A stretch of 62,890 bases of DNA, filler included, from Octopus bimaculoides (Eukaryota): assembly GCF_001194135.2 (NCBI RefSeq). It is 7 parts of 7 records of this genome, joined end to end, with 100 filler letters (N's around TTAATTAATTAA, not from the genome) between each part and the next. Parts side by side here need not be neighbours in the genome. Positions count along the whole stretch, not along the records: positions 60,904 to 62,890 come from NC_068988.1; 6 more parts are not named here. One strand, 5' to 3'. Positions 61,729-62,890 of the stretch are shown one piece after another (positions within the stretch are counted from its first letter, which is position 1; each line of letters starts with the position of its first letter). The notes under the pieces are model-generated. The model did not search any database. It worked only from the letters and a program-made list of their open reading frames with translations, and had not been told where the DNA came from. The translations under genes and the position numbers were made by a program.

Positions 61729-62169
61729 TTATATATGCGTATATATGTCTATGAAGATTTTATATATTTAACGCTCTACAGCCGACGGTAAATAAAAAGA
61801 TGTTTAAATTTAATTTTTTGTGTTATCAATTTTCTAACAGATACACTGGTTTAGCTTCACTTTAACAAGAATTCCAGATAAAATTTGTGTTAAAAATTAT
61901 TTAAACAAAATATTATTATTATATGACTTACATAATAATCATCTAAAACTCAGATTAATTTTATAATTAAAATTACTATGTTGAAACATATCATTAACTA
62001 ACGATATATGTGTATGGTTTTGTTTAACAGAAGGAGGCGAAACATTTATATCTGCTAACAGGAAATATATATTTATTCACGTGGCTATTGGGGAAAATTA
62101 AATATATCGCCGTATTTTATATACATTTAACTTCTTGGTAAATATGTATTGTTATCAATACATTACCTC

Positions 62170-62201
<32 letters not shown>

Positions 62202-62245
62202 AATGTGTGTGTGTGTGTGTGTGNNNNNNNNNNATATATATATAA

Positions 62246-62297
<52 letters not shown>

Positions 62298-62890
62298 ATA
62301 GATAGATAGATTTAGATATATGTCCGTACATACGCACGTATATAAACATAAATATATTCATGCATATACAAATTTATAAATGTGCGTGTATGTATATATG
62401 TGTGTGTGTGTGTGTGAATGTGTGTGTACGTGTGTGCATACATAATATATATATATATATATACCTATGTATATATATATATATTATATTACACATACAC
62501 ACACGCACACATATATATATATACATACATGCATACACATACATACATTCACGCATACATTCACACATACATTCACACATAGAAGCATACATACATGCAC
62601 ATTTCAATATGAGGTAATGAACAGTATCGTTTCGAGAGCTATGTGCACACTTCACCAACATTATCAATTTAAACACATTTATTAGAAGGAATTTTATTAT
62701 ATATGCCACCATAGATATAAACAATATATTTAACTCAAATCAGATAGTTTTTCATCTTGCATATATATATATGTGTATGTGTATGTATGTATATGTACGT
62801 GTGTGTGTGTGTGCGTGTGTGCGTGTGTGTGTGTGCGTGTGTGCGTGTGTGTGTGTGCGTGTGTGTGTGTGCGTGTGCATGTATATGATA

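Overview
An AT-rich, heavily gapped, repeat-saturated animal genomic window. The tRNA/CORE-type SINE families and microsatellite load strongly resemble a coleoid cephalopod, probably Octopus; that assignment is inference. There are no prokaryotic features and no intact host gene. Most long ORFs in the supplied track are artefacts of microsatellites, N-gaps and an AG-rich satellite. The window is a graveyard of decayed mobile elements: several R4/Dong-like RLE non-LTR retrotransposons, a Hero-like RLE element, RTE, Tx1/L1-like and CR1-like LINE fragments, Penelope-like pieces, a Gypsy pol relic, hAT, mariner and piggyBac-like MITEs, a DD37D-type Tc1/mariner transposase relic and at least four SINE families. 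It also holds a ~6.5 kb compound satellite, (GTTAGTTTCC)n alternating with AG-rich blocks. Most notable observations: (1) a hammerhead-ribozyme core in non-circularly permuted order in the 3' UTR of the Hero-like element (13845-13941, minus); (2) a minimal dimer-type hammerhead at 56200-56234; (3) two RLE-LINE lineages bounded by different microsatellites, (TAA)n and (TACA)n; (4) a CR1-like LINE 3' end whose tail matches the most abundant CORE-SINE, a probable SINE-LINE partnership; (5) SINE tail swapping; (6) one or two candidate host exons at 58613-58920. Boundaries of degenerate elements are approximate, and all calls come from reading the sequence by eye.
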